Part shown: in pieces, positions 30,787 through 41,221 of the stretch
Layout of the letters: each line of letters starts with the position of its first letter
Numbering within the stretch: the first letter of the stretch is position 1
NCBI GenBank assembly: GCA_030867685.1
Contig: JAQOWU010000007.1
Span: 2,046,001 to 2,110,000, forward strand
Source: Wickerhamiella versatilis
Taxonomy: Eukaryota
DNA: 64,000 nucleotides
Reading direction: 5' to 3'
Translations under genes and position numbers: made by a program
Notes under the pieces: model-generated
The model's input: only the letters and a program-made list of their open reading frames with translations
Told to the model about the DNA's origin: nothing
Database searches by the model: none

Positions 30787-32667
30787 ATGCTCGACAGATA
30801 TTCAGGTATACCCACTCAATTCATTTGTCTCCGTGCACGATTGAGCCAGGCCTGGCTTTCTCCTACTCTTTTAGTGCTCATTGGATACATACTGAAGCTG
30901 GTTCTTCTCAAAAAATTCCTTATGGCTAGTCTCGATATGGCTTTTCTCATGGCAAAGGAGAGCTGTAATGCGGTAAATGAGGCCTCGAAGGCAGCTGCGC
31001 AAACTCACCAAGAACTGGCTAATGTTGCGAATGAACTTGTGTCTAGTAGTGTCCAACATACTCTTAATGGGATTAAGGACGGACTAGGACTTATGGTTAC
31101 GGTTGTAGAGCAACTGATACTGTTTGCTGTGGAATTGACGTTAGGAACTTATGCATGCTTGACAGTTTCTCTCGTAGACATAGCTGCGTCTGAAGCTCTC
31201 AATGCTACCAAATCCGTCATTCACGTGGCAAACAACACGGTACAGGATTCTGTACACGTACTTAATGAAGGTATAGGATCACTCACAAACCTTATCAACG
31301 GAGCTATAGGGCTAATTGACGATGTGACAGACTTTGTATCTGGTGGGGAGTCGGATATCAAAAAGGTCAACCTTACTATCGATGACTTGCGCAAATTCAG
31401 TATCTCACCCAGTATTGATACAAAAATTGACAAGATGAGGTCTGATATACCAACTTATGATGAAACTAAGGCTGCTATGAAGTCTTTTCTCAGAAAACCT
31501 TTCGAGGAAATTCGAGAAGGAATAACTGCCCAGAACATTAGCTTTAATGCGAAGCCTATTAGGGCTCATAACAAGGGAAACGGCACGCAAGGATGTAATT
31601 TACGCAATTTTGAAGTTGCGAGAGACAAGATACGACACGATCTTAATATATTTTTTATTATCCTTGTCATTGCCCTTTGCCTAGCACTAATTTTCACGAT
31701 TCTATGGTCACTTTGGGCATCTAAGAGGCAATGGGAACATCTAGAGGAGGCTGCTATAGATAGCACTATTACTGAAACATCAATGGTGGCCCATAATCGG
31801 ATTAATCTTGCTAATGCGAACTGGCCTCAGCGATTTGCGCTAAAGAAGCTAAGTGGATACCCTATTATGTGGCAATGGTATGTTAATTATATATGCCAAG
31901 TACCGGCACTGGTGCTACTTGGAATCGGAATTGCAGGGGCAGTCATTACTATTCTTGAATTTATTGCTTTGGAAGTTTTCCGTAGGGCAGCCAAGACTCT
32001 AGGCCATGAGGCTAACAGCTTAGCGGGTGCATTGAACCGAGCGACCTCCAATGAGTTAAATCAATGGTATAATTCTACAAATATGGCAATTGCAAGTACG
32101 GAGAATCAGATAAATGATGAATTATTGGGGTGGGTGCGTAAAGGTTCAAGCACGGTCAATTCGTCGCTATCACACTTTATGACTACCATAAATAAAGAGA
32201 TTGACGATGTATTTGGCAACACACCATTTCAAAAACCAGTGAAAGCTGTAGCCAACTGTTTAATAGGGGAGAAAGTAGAAACTGTTGATCGAGGGCTGAC
32301 TTGGATTCACTCGAAAGCCCACGTCAATATGGCACGACTACCCCAAAATATTATCAGTACTATTAACAATTCCTCCTCAACGAAGGCTTTGAAAAACGAT
32401 GTGGTAGCTTCAGGTCTCAAAAGTGCAGAGAACACAGTGAAATATCAGTTGATTGTGCAGGGCGCAGCTTCTGCCTCCTTAGTGGGGGTATGGATTATAT
32501 TCGCAGTAGGCGCACTATTTTATATTCGACACTTCTCCCAAAAACTCAAAGATAATTCTGATCCTTTCGACGATAGTAAGACTATCACAGAGAAACCTCC
32601 TCTAAGCGCCAGAGTGAGTCGGTTTTTGCCCGGGCCTGCAAAAAGACCGGTTTTTAATCATATCTAG
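30787..32667 (+). CDS. PRM1: Plasma-membrane fusion protein Prm1
   Basis: LRARLSQAWL, GTYACL, INDELLGWV, F.NTPF..PV..V..CLIG.KV..V..GLTWIH; multi-TM with large glycosylated loops. Confidence 0.92.
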   Translation: MLDRYSGIPTQFICLRARLSQAWLSPTLLVLIGYILKLVLLKKFLMASLDMAFLMAKESCNAVNEASKAAAQTHQELANVANELVSSSVQHTLNGIKDGLGLMVTVVEQLILFAVELTLGTYACLTVSLVDIAASEALNATKSVIHVANNTVQDSVHVLNEGIGSLTNLINGAIGLIDDVTDFVSGGESDIKKVNLTIDDLRKFSISPSIDTKIDKMRSDIPTYDETKAAMKSFLRKPFEEIREGITAQNISFNAKPIRAHNKGNGTQGCNLRNFEVARDKIRHDLNIFFIILVIALCLALIFTILWSLWASKRQWEHLEEAAIDSTITETSMVAHNRINLANANWPQRFALKKLSGYPIMWQWYVNYICQVPALVLLGIGIAGAVITILEFIALEVFRRAAKTLGHEANSLAGALNRATSNELNQWYNSTNMAIASTENQINDELLGWVRKGSSTVNSSLSHFMTTINKEIDDVFGNTPFQKPVKAVANCLIGEKVETVDRGLTWIHSKAHVNMARLPQNIISTINNSSSTKALKNDVVASGLKSAENTVKYQLIVQGAASASLVGVWIIFAVGALFYIRHFSQKLKDNSDPFDDSKTITEKPPLSARVSRFLPGPAKRPVFNHI

Positions 32668-33168
32668 AGTCCAAAGGTATATCCCCACCGTTATGCTCCC
32701 ATATAATGGTAGGTGAGTATGCTGAATTTGACCATAAGACTTAGTTGCATTATAATATAGTACAGAGTTCCGCCCGCTCTTTGCGAAATAGGGAATTAGC
32801 TTTATCTGGTAGACTTGTGTTATGAATCTAACCAACTCGTTAAGTTTATACGTCTTTTCTAGCTCGAAGTACATGAACAGAAGGCTCTAAAATATCGTGA
32901 AATATCCGCATTAAATATTTTAGCAGATATGTTCTGTCCAGCCTATTTCCTTGTCTATATAGCATATGATGTTTAAGATGGATTATTTCTTAAATTATTT
33001 ACAATGCCATATTATTTCAAAATAAATGGAGGTCCCCTTTTTGCTCTCTCCCGGGTGGTCGGATAACCTCGAGATTAATAACCCTTACCCTTGACTGCAG
33101 CATACTAACATAACCTTAAAAATAAGTAAATATACCGACAGCGCCCCAGTAGAATAGAACAATTAGGT

Positions 33169-33678
33169 ATGAAATACCTTCAAGCATTGTGGACAATTCC
33201 ATTGGTACTATCGGCTCCCTTGTTCGAACAGAACATGAAGGCACCGTCTAGCCAAGATCGATGGATAGTGGGAACGTATAACTTTCACGCCATACAGGCA
33301 AATTCCAAACTTGTTCATCACCGCCCTTTGGTTACAGACAAGAATGCTATTTTCGTCGATGTAAATCCAAGGTCAAACAGCACTGGTCTGGATTTTCAAT
33401 TGTGGATTGATGGCAGTGCGGTGGAGCTTCAGTCGCAGAGGCTTCTATCTAAGAACAACACTGAACTCAGCCTCAACGGAGATGCAACAAATACCTCGAA
33501 TACACCTGGTTGGGGTGTCATGAATGGACATCTGACGTATGCTGATAACAACGGTCAACCAGATGATTTCTTTGTTACTTGTCCTGATGAAAATTACCGT
33601 GTGTACTCAGTGGTTGATGGTGGGTTTTGGTGCCATAACGCAATTCCGATCGCAATTCACGCGTCGAAAATAGAGTAA
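33169..33678 (+). CDS. Secreted/cell-wall protein (Cwp1/PhiA-like)
   Basis: Signal peptide, N-glycosylation sequons, C-terminal GW...GHL...FVTCP...YRVY...C...IAIHA pattern. Confidence 0.65.
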   Translation: MKYLQALWTIPLVLSAPLFEQNMKAPSSQDRWIVGTYNFHAIQANSKLVHHRPLVTDKNAIFVDVNPRSNSTGLDFQLWIDGSAVELQSQRLLSKNNTELSLNGDATNTSNTPGWGVMNGHLTYADNNGQPDDFFVTCPDENYRVYSVVDGGFWCHNAIPIAIHASKIE

Positions 33679-33690
33679 TTTTTATCTGCA

Positions 33691-34962
33691 TTAATTCATA
33701 ATAGTAGCATAGCGACACACACTTGTACACTGCTTTATGCCATCATAAATCAATTCGCCGCATAATGGGGTATATTGAGCCATTAGAACTTTAGTGGCCT
33801 CTTGTGCGCCAATGCCGCCAATAAGAGATGCTACCGAATAAATCTCAGCCCCCGTCCCAATAAATGGCATTCCAGGGAAAGAGAAGTATTTACCTCTGGA
33901 AGGATTTGCAATCACTTCGTCTAAGATTTTCGAAAGCCCTTCTGTTGAAATCTGGGATTCAGGATCTTCAGGTAGGATTAAACGGAGCGTTCTAGCATTT
34001 TGACAATACTTTCGCGCCACATCAGAATCTATTCCTCCCAAAACAGCAACCTCTTCTGCATCCTTAGATGCTTTTCTTCTATATATATCAAGAACTTCTA
34101 GATAACGCTGGGTCGAAGCTCGCATGTCAGGGAGATTGCCATTGAGGGGAAGCATTCCATGAAGGTCTATAAATCGCCTTATTCCTCTTATAGCTCTCAC
34201 GAACTCACTATCATCCTTTGTATTAGCTGCCCAATCCATAAGCTTGACTAAACCATCTGGAATTTCGTCACCTTTAAGAGCCCTCCAAGCGGATGCTGCT
34301 GCTTCCTCAATGTTCTCAGACGAAGTGCTGAGAGCCTGCTTGTGCACATATTTGCTGAATTCACCCCTATTCAACTCACCCTTGTATGCATTCCTACATT
34401 TTGCCAGTATAACACACCAGGGAGTCTCAGCATCAAGAGGGCATTTGGAAACATAATCTGCATATTCCGGCCATAAATTCAAAAATCTTATATCCCATTG
34501 AGTGTTACCGTGGGTTTCCACAATAGCCAAGGGATCTCTAAGCCATAGATGAAAGCGAGCATAAAATCCAACGGCGTCAATCTGTAACACCGGCGATTGA
34601 AATTGATAAACAAGCCCAATAACATTTTTCGTAGGAGATGAAGTTGTTATAACCAGATCAGGGCTATTCACCTCGCCCACCTGAAGAATCACATCGGGAT
34701 TCAATGTGCTGAGTGATTCTGTGATAGCAAGGTCAAAAGATTTAAAGAGATCATTCTCCGAAAGAAAGAAATTCGTGGCCACCATATCTTCGGTTATAGG
34801 CAATGGCGCACTCCATGTGACATGCCCTACACCTGCTAATACCAGACTTTTAACCACTTCAGTGGCTGCAGTACTCGCTCCGAAAACTTGCACATGTGAT
34901 GAATTGAGTCTCTGCTGGCCTGAACCCGACCAAAGTCTCCGCTGCCGGTCATATCTATCCAT
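33691..34962 (-). CDS. ULA1: NEDD8/Rub1-activating enzyme regulatory subunit
   Basis: RYDRQRRLW..GQ, LVLAGVG, LPLNGNLPDM.AST..Y, IGGIGAQEATK...QYTP. First ATG at 34962. Confidence 0.9.
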   Translation of the reverse strand: MDRYDRQRRLWSGSGQQRLNSSHVQVFGASTAATEVVKSLVLAGVGHVTWSAPLPITEDMVATNFFLSENDLFKSFDLAITESLSTLNPDVILQVGEVNSPDLVITTSSPTKNVIGLVYQFQSPVLQIDAVGFYARFHLWLRDPLAIVETHGNTQWDIRFLNLWPEYADYVSKCPLDAETPWCVILAKCRNAYKGELNRGEFSKYVHKQALSTSSENIEEAAASAWRALKGDEIPDGLVKLMDWAANTKDDSEFVRAIRGIRRFIDLHGMLPLNGNLPDMRASTQRYLEVLDIYRRKASKDAEEVAVLGGIDSDVARKYCQNARTLRLILPEDPESQISTEGLSKILDEVIANPSRGKYFSFPGMPFIGTGAEIYSVASLIGGIGAQEATKVLMAQYTPLCGELIYDGIKQCTSVCRYATIMN

Positions 34963-35052
34963 ATGGGAGCTATATGCACCTGATCTCAAACAATGGAAGA
35001 GAGGTGGGTCCTGGTTAGCTAACTAATCTTGTCAAGCGGGACTTCGTGGGCT

Positions 35053-36789
35053 ATGCGCCGCCTACTTGGGCGCGTCGGCCTAGCGACCAAGTCAATAATA
35101 TCCAAACCTCTTTCAGAACAACTTATTCTCCGTCCGTATCAACGCGAATGCATATCTTCTATTCTGAAAGCATTCGAAGAAAATAGACGTGCTGCAGTTT
35201 CTTTACCAACTGGAAGTGGTAAAACAGTCATATTTTGCGAATTAATTCGCTCTGTTCTAAAACCAGGGAAGCGAGCCCTTGTAATTGTTAATAGGAGGGA
35301 GATTGCCAAGCAGGTGCGAGATACCTTGGTGAGGTCCGGAATGACGGCAGGAATCGACTCGGGTACAGAAGGATATTCTGATGAAACAAAAGTTCTGGTG
35401 GGAACTATACAAACCTTGATGAGGCCAGCACGGCTGGAAAAATACGATCCAACGGATTTTGGATTGATTGTTATCGACGAAGCTCATCATTCTGCCGCGA
35501 GCTCATATTTTGAAGTTTTAAGCCACTTCGGTGCGTTGGAGAGTTCCTCAAAGCTGAAAGTATTGGGAGTATCAGCTACATTCTGGCGACATGATGATAA
35601 AGCTCTGGGTTCCATTTTCGATGATATTGTTTATCACCAGCCACTACAGGCTATGATGGAAGAGGGTTATCTTTGCAAAGCAAAACTAACAAGAATTCAT
35701 GTAGAAAGAGAGAAGTATATGGAAAGGGCTCAAGCTTTTCTTTCGAATGACGGACTTAATCTTGTAGTGAATTCCTGGAAACAAACCCAGCCATACTACG
35801 ACTCCACTGTTATATTTACCATAGATACCAAACATATTGATCTTCTTGTGACGAGATTTCGCTCGAATGGTATCGATGCGCGTGCTTTGCATGGCCGCTT
35901 GACTAGCCGTCAGCGTGACCAAATTTTATCCGATTTTCGGGACAAAAAATTCCCTGTTTTAGTTAACTGTGGTGTACTTACAGAGGGAACAGATATTCCC
36001 TCGATTGATCAGATAATTCTTGCTCGTCCCTTGAAAAGTATATCATTGACACTCCAAATGGTTGGTCGTGGGCTGCGCAAATGGCCTGGGAAGGAACATT
36101 GCAATATTATACAATTTCCAGAGCTTATGGATTCTGAATTAGTATCCAAATCTATTGAGCCTTCACTGAAGGCTCTGGGAATGTCTCTTTTTGTTGAAGA
36201 CTCTGCAAATACTGAAGAAAAGCACGGAACGAGAGAGCGACCACAATATACAGAAGACAGCACTCTCGGTGAAAACTTTTTTCTCAAAGAAACTGAATTT
36301 AACGTCTTAGATCTATTCAAAACGGCACAAACTAAAGGTTATGCATGGGTTTGGTACTCAGGCAAATTCTTTCTCTTTTTGGGTCGAGGAAGTCTTGGGT
36401 ATTTTCGAGTATCGCGGGTAAAGAACTCAGGAGATTGGGTTGCGGAGGCAAAGTTTTTTCGAAAAGGCAGAAATTACTGCCCGAAGCCTATTGAGATTAC
36501 CGTGGACTCAAACCTTAGTCGAGTTAAGCTTGCTGCAGAAGTTGCTGCGGAGCAGCAGGCTGGCTATCGGTCACGCTTTCTCAAATCAGAAGCTGAATGG
36601 CGTAAGAAAGAGCTTACTAGCGGCCAGCTTCGCTTCTTTGAAAAGTTGAATATTCCTCCTGAAAGCATGCCCTCATCTGCTGGCGAAGCTTCCGACGTAA
36701 TTAGCCTCATTAGAGTTGGATACAAACCCACAGAAAGCCTTTTCAATAAAACAGTCACGAATTTGAACTCTGCGAGGGCTAAAGATTGA
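35053..36789 (+). CDS. IRC3: Mitochondrial SF2 DEAH helicase Irc3
   Basis: LRPYQRECI, SLPTGSGKT, DEAHH, SAT, VLVNCGVLTEGTDIP, QMVGRGLR; presequence MRRLLGRVG. Confidence 0.9.
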   Translation: MRRLLGRVGLATKSIISKPLSEQLILRPYQRECISSILKAFEENRRAAVSLPTGSGKTVIFCELIRSVLKPGKRALVIVNRREIAKQVRDTLVRSGMTAGIDSGTEGYSDETKVLVGTIQTLMRPARLEKYDPTDFGLIVIDEAHHSAASSYFEVLSHFGALESSSKLKVLGVSATFWRHDDKALGSIFDDIVYHQPLQAMMEEGYLCKAKLTRIHVEREKYMERAQAFLSNDGLNLVVNSWKQTQPYYDSTVIFTIDTKHIDLLVTRFRSNGIDARALHGRLTSRQRDQILSDFRDKKFPVLVNCGVLTEGTDIPSIDQIILARPLKSISLTLQMVGRGLRKWPGKEHCNIIQFPELMDSELVSKSIEPSLKALGMSLFVEDSANTEEKHGTRERPQYTEDSTLGENFFLKETEFNVLDLFKTAQTKGYAWVWYSGKFFLFLGRGSLGYFRVSRVKNSGDWVAEAKFFRKGRNYCPKPIEITVDSNLSRVKLAAEVAAEQQAGYRSRFLKSEAEWRKKELTSGQLRFFEKLNIPPESMPSSAGEASDVISLIRVGYKPTESLFNKTVTNLNSARAKD

Positions 36790-36796
36790 TGCGTTA

Positions 36797-38080
36797 ATGT
36801 CGACGAAATGCATTGCTAGCCAGCAAGATCCAAGTAGAGCTTGCGCAACCGTTTTATTTCCAAGCAGCGAAAGTGCTGAAGTAACAATTATCGACTATTC
36901 ATCCCTTTATGTTCGAAAAAAGTCTATAAAATTTCCGGAGGAGCCGCTTGCCCCTAGCCTTTCAAGAAAACCCTCCTCTGGGTTACGCTGGATTGTTGTC
37001 AATGGAATGTCGTTGCATGCTTTGACAGAGATAATGAGACACCACAGTATCGATGAAATTTCTGCGGATGAGCTGATAACTAGACCTCAACGAACCAAGA
37101 TGGAATCTTTTTCCTCTCACACATTTTGCTACTTTCCCTTGCATTACTTTCATGAACAGGAAGTAACACCTTCCTCTTCTTTTCTGCAAAAACTTCCCGA
37201 TTTTTGGTGTTCAAGATCTAGATTCGATGCACCAGAACGACTGATTTTCCGAAGAAACTTGAATGCCGAATCAAAAAGAGTTACCACGAGTAAATCCCAG
37301 CTTTCTCGTCCCAAGGAGATTGCGATTGAACATGTTAGTTTGATATTTGGAAGTGATGTTGTGATTACGGTTTTTGAGTCTGCAGCCGAGTCACTTCTAA
37401 ACCCCATCCTCAATCGTCTCCAGAGCCCATCTACTTTGATACGGCAAGAATCGACCTCATTATCTCTTGTTCAGTCTATTTTGGACGCCTCTGTAGACTT
37501 GATTGGAATAGTTGCTGCAGAATACCGCCGACGTCTTACAGAATTACAGTATCAAGCTTCAAATCATCCAACAACCCGTCAAACTTACCATCTATATCGC
37601 GTCACTTCGGATATCCGTATATTGAGAGAAAGCACATTCTCAATACGGAGTTTAATATCAAAAATTTATCATCGTACTCGATATTTGCCTGATTCTACTT
37701 CAGAATATCTCTTAGCCGTTGTTGATCACGCGCAGTGCCATCTTGACGAATTTAACTTGTTGGACTCTTACGCGGGTTCTTTATCGTCACTAGTGTTCAG
37801 AACTATGGAAATACATGCTAGTAACTCGATGTTGATGCTTTCAGTCGTTTCAGTAGTTTTTATGCCCCTGACGTTTCTGGCAGGGTACTTTGGAATGAAC
37901 TTCAAGACATTCGACGTCCTCAAGAATAATCCGTCCTACTTTTGGATGATTGCATCACCAGCAGCAGCAGCACTGTTTGCTCTATTGATGTACCCTATTG
38001 CTTGGGATTTGATTGTGACAGGTCGACGATGGCTTTCCGATGAGAAAAAGAAGTTATTCGAATTTGAGAAACAGCTATAG
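36797..38080 (+). CDS. CorA-family Mg2+/metal transporter
   Basis: QRTKME, IEHVSL, FMPLTFLAGYFGMNF (GMN signature) and two C-terminal TM helices. Confidence 0.92.
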   Translation: MSTKCIASQQDPSRACATVLFPSSESAEVTIIDYSSLYVRKKSIKFPEEPLAPSLSRKPSSGLRWIVVNGMSLHALTEIMRHHSIDEISADELITRPQRTKMESFSSHTFCYFPLHYFHEQEVTPSSSFLQKLPDFWCSRSRFDAPERLIFRRNLNAESKRVTTSKSQLSRPKEIAIEHVSLIFGSDVVITVFESAAESLLNPILNRLQSPSTLIRQESTSLSLVQSILDASVDLIGIVAAEYRRRLTELQYQASNHPTTRQTYHLYRVTSDIRILRESTFSIRSLISKIYHRTRYLPDSTSEYLLAVVDHAQCHLDEFNLLDSYAGSLSSLVFRTMEIHASNSMLMLSVVSVVFMPLTFLAGYFGMNFKTFDVLKNNPSYFWMIASPAAAALFALLMYPIAWDLIVTGRRWLSDEKKKLFEFEKQL

Positions 38081-38209
38081 GAGAACGGTTGACTAAATTA
38101 TTTCAGTATTAGATTTATGTGTGTGGCTTGAAGCAGTCAATTATTATCAGACAATCTAGATACTGACAGAGTTAAATGATAGAAGACAGGAACAAATATT
38201 TACTGGTCA

Positions 38210-39850
38210 TTAAACCTGCTCTAAGCAAGCCCTAGGGCAGATACCTTGGCGTACCTTCCCGTTATCATCAACAACACCTACACACCAACCGTCATCAAAG
38301 ACTTGGTAAACCTTGATTATACTGTTGGGATGTAATTCAAGCTCATCACTTAGTTGAGGGCGATAAGGAAAAATTACTCGGTGCAAAGCACCACTTAAAT
38401 TCCTCAGGACTCCATGTTCCAGTCCTTGAGGTGTTGTTAAGGGTGAGGACGTAGCACCAGGCTTAGGTGATGGCGTCAACGGTAAAGGCTTGTTGACCTG
38501 CATGGGCATCGTCGACCCAAACTTACTATATGCAGGGCTATATGCTTCAGCTGAAAGCCGCTTGAATCGGGTGGAGTTCGCATTATTCGCATTGCTTGCT
38601 CCTCCTGAAGCATTCCTAGTACTACCTCCTTGAGTTGCCATAGCAGTGCCATACGAGCTTGTAAAAGATGAAGATCGACTACTAGAGCTCCGATTACTGA
38701 AAATACCCGATTTTTCCATGCCAGATGATGTAGCAAGACCAAGTGTGTTGTTATTAGACTTCTTTTCTGTAGGCGTGGGTAAGATGGAAGGAATAGACCC
38801 GTCACCGGATTCTCTCACAACCTTTAACTGCCCATTGCTTCTTGTGTGGCTGGATACAACAGAGCCAGCATAAGAAGCTATAGAAGTATGGCCTTTATGC
38901 GTTTGAGAAGACTTTGGACCTGGCGCCTCACGCAAATCACCCTCATGGCGAAGCATATCATATAACCTAACACGCTCGGACTCCGTACCAGAGTCATTTA
39001 TATTCCCCTGATACTTAGATTGTGACGTGGCTGGCAATTGATTCTGTGGACCAACTGTAGTAGAGGCTAATGATGGATTTTGTGGAGCAGCTGTGGAAGG
39101 GGCCGGTAATTGATTCCGCGGAGCAGCTGCATAAGGGGCAGTCACATTAGAAGAACTCTGGGCTCCCTTCATCGTCGGTGCTAGACTAAATCTCCAATTA
39201 TTTTCATCCACGGCAACATTAGGTGGGGTCCTTGATAAACCCTCCAACGATACCCTAGCAAGCGACTTGGGGGGTGGTGATGGATAGGAAGTGGGGGGCT
39301 GACCAGGGATTCCTTTCGAGGCATTGATCTTCCCATTAGAGGGTACCTTTGAAGGTGGAGCTTGAGGGTTAGATCCTAAAGGAGAACCTAGCGACTTAGA
39401 ACCTTCAAATGTACTATTTTGTGTCTTGGGATTTGGACTAGATGCTTGGTTGGTTGATTGCGATTGTAATTTATTCTGCGCCTCAGCATTACTGTCTTCA
39501 TTGTTGGCAGCCGACATCATAGTGGATGGTGCCATTGCCCTTATATGACGAAAAGAGCGCCGGTCGGAATGGACAGCTGGCATCGGAGGAGGTGATATAT
39601 TATCTGAGTCGTCATCAACGGCAATCCTCTTTTTTTTATTGTCTCGTGGGAGGGTGGTGTCTTTCTCGGGTGATCTAAATCTTTCTTCATTCATACGACG
39701 AATTACACTTTTTTCTCGAGATGCGACGCACATTGCTCTAAGTGCTACAAATACCAATCCAAGTATAGCAATAAGCAGAGCAGCACCTAGAGGTATTGCA
39801 ACAGCAAGAAGAGTACCAAGGCTGAAGCTTTGCTGTACCCTAAGAGCCAT
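38210..39850 (-). CDS. Single-pass membrane protein with C-terminal SH3 domain, Fus1-like
   Basis: N-terminal TM, long Ser/Pro/Thr-rich linker containing KPLPLTP, SH3 domain (YRPQLSDELEL, DDGWC, GICPRACL); Ste12 sites upstream. Confidence 0.75.
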   Translation of the reverse strand: MALRVQQSFSLGTLLAVAIPLGAALLIAILGLVFVALRAMCVASREKSVIRRMNEERFRSPEKDTTLPRDNKKKRIAVDDDSDNISPPPMPAVHSDRRSFRHIRAMAPSTMMSAANNEDSNAEAQNKLQSQSTNQASSPNPKTQNSTFEGSKSLGSPLGSNPQAPPSKVPSNGKINASKGIPGQPPTSYPSPPPKSLARVSLEGLSRTPPNVAVDENNWRFSLAPTMKGAQSSSNVTAPYAAAPRNQLPAPSTAAPQNPSLASTTVGPQNQLPATSQSKYQGNINDSGTESERVRLYDMLRHEGDLREAPGPKSSQTHKGHTSIASYAGSVVSSHTRSNGQLKVVRESGDGSIPSILPTPTEKKSNNNTLGLATSSGMEKSGIFSNRSSSSRSSSFTSSYGTAMATQGGSTRNASGGASNANNANSTRFKRLSAEAYSPAYSKFGSTMPMQVNKPLPLTPSPKPGATSSPLTTPQGLEHGVLRNLSGALHRVIFPYRPQLSDELELHPNSIIKVYQVFDDGWCVGVVDDNGKVRQGICPRACLEQV

Positions 39851-39936
39851 CTGGCAAAACTGCTATGTTTGGTCGAATTGAGGTTGCATTTGCCTCCCTG
39901 CAAATATGGAAATTTTATTGTAGCATGCAGATCACC

Positions 39937-39943
39937 TGAAACA
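39937..39943. promoter_or_regulatory. Pheromone response element (Ste12 site) TGAAACA
   Basis: Exact consensus 87 bp upstream of the FUS1-like ATG; a second copy (TGTTTCA) lies at 40087-40093. Confidence 0.55.
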
Positions 39944-39951
39944 CGCAGAGC

Positions 39952-40543
39952 TTATCTAGCGACGTAAGAGCGAAATACAGAAGTTGCTTGCGAGAGCGCA
40001 CGAGATGCAGCGGTAAGTGCTGCCTCGTTGCCAAGATTTCCTTGACGATTTGCATCGTCTACAGCAGCAACGATTTTCGCCACATTTGTTTCAAGTACCA
40101 GCCCACCTTGAACTATCTCTTCCAGTACCGTTTCAAGCACTTCCCAACCGAAAACAAGATCTAATTCACAAACATTGCCAAAGCATCGGTCAAGCGCCTC
40201 AACAAACACCTGTATTAGGTCCAAGATGCCAAGTTCTGATTCTTGGCGGTCGACAATAAAAACAAAGTTCAGCGTTGCATACTGTCGATATATCACACGA
40301 ACCGCATCCTCAGCACCTTCTCGCGTTTCAAGCAAAAGCTGTGGTGGCGTTAAGAAATTGCATTGTTTTACTGAGCGCTGTAGCAGGATCGCATAGACCT
40401 GTTTGACAAGTTCTTGCTGAGCTGCTATAGGCAGAGGAGTATAGAATTTAACCAAACGTGGTTGTCCATTATTATTCACTGCGTTAGCACTGCCAGTGAC
40501 ACTAGCGAGTAGAGAACATACCTATAACTACCGAATGTATCAT
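39952..40543 (-). CDS. APS3: AP-3 adaptor sigma subunit; exons 40543-40522 and 40478-39952
   Basis: Splicing gives MIHSVVIVNNNGQPRLVKFY; YRQYATL, ESELGILDLIQVFVEALDRCFGNVCELDL. Confidence 0.95.
40479..40521 (-). other. Spliceosomal intron of APS3 (43 nt)
   Basis: GTATGT donor, GCTAAC branch point, then G and CAG acceptor; splicing restores the conserved N-terminus. Confidence 0.92.
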
Positions 40544-41003
40544 AGCACGGCATGCTGACTGTGCAACAGCTTCGACTAACTATAGGCATTTCGAAAAAAA
40601 GCCCACTTCTAATTGATACTGCTAATTTTAAACCATTGTGCGCGAAAAAAAGGCAGTAGTGTTGGATACACTGATCCTGAGCCCACCAAGAAAACCCATC
40701 GTCATGACAAAGATAGGCGTGTCAGACGTGCTTCTTCGCACTGATATCAAAACTGCCTGAAAGCAGATGAGGGCATGATACTATAGGTGAATGCTTTTTG
40801 ATACACGATGTGCTATATCGTTTTATATACATACATACATATATTATACTTTCTATGACATTCTTGTGTAATTTAAACGTGTACCAGTTTATATTCTGCT
40901 CAAGATAAAAGCTCATAATAATTTTTGCGAGGCTAGCTCCTAGTCATTCATAGATTCATATTGAATACTGATTGCTACCCATTGAGTACCGTTAACTATT
41001 GCC

Positions 41004-41066
41004 CATGGGTCATGGGTTATGGGTCATTGGTCATTGGTCACTGGCTACTGACCACTGACCACCAAT
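41004..41066. repeat. Degenerate 7-bp tandem array with internal inverted repeat
   Basis: catgggt catgggt tatgggt cattggt cattggt cactggc tactgac cactgac caccaat. Confidence 0.8.
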
Positions 41067-41221
41067 CAATTATAAGTTATCCATCGCATTAAAGCTCGCT
41101 ATATTGCCTTTCATATGTCATATAGAATATTTCTCTGGAGAAAAAACAATTCAATCAGTCACCTTATCGCTTTCAAGTGATCTTAAGGCCATCAGCCCCC
41201 CGGTGATCTACTATTCCAATA

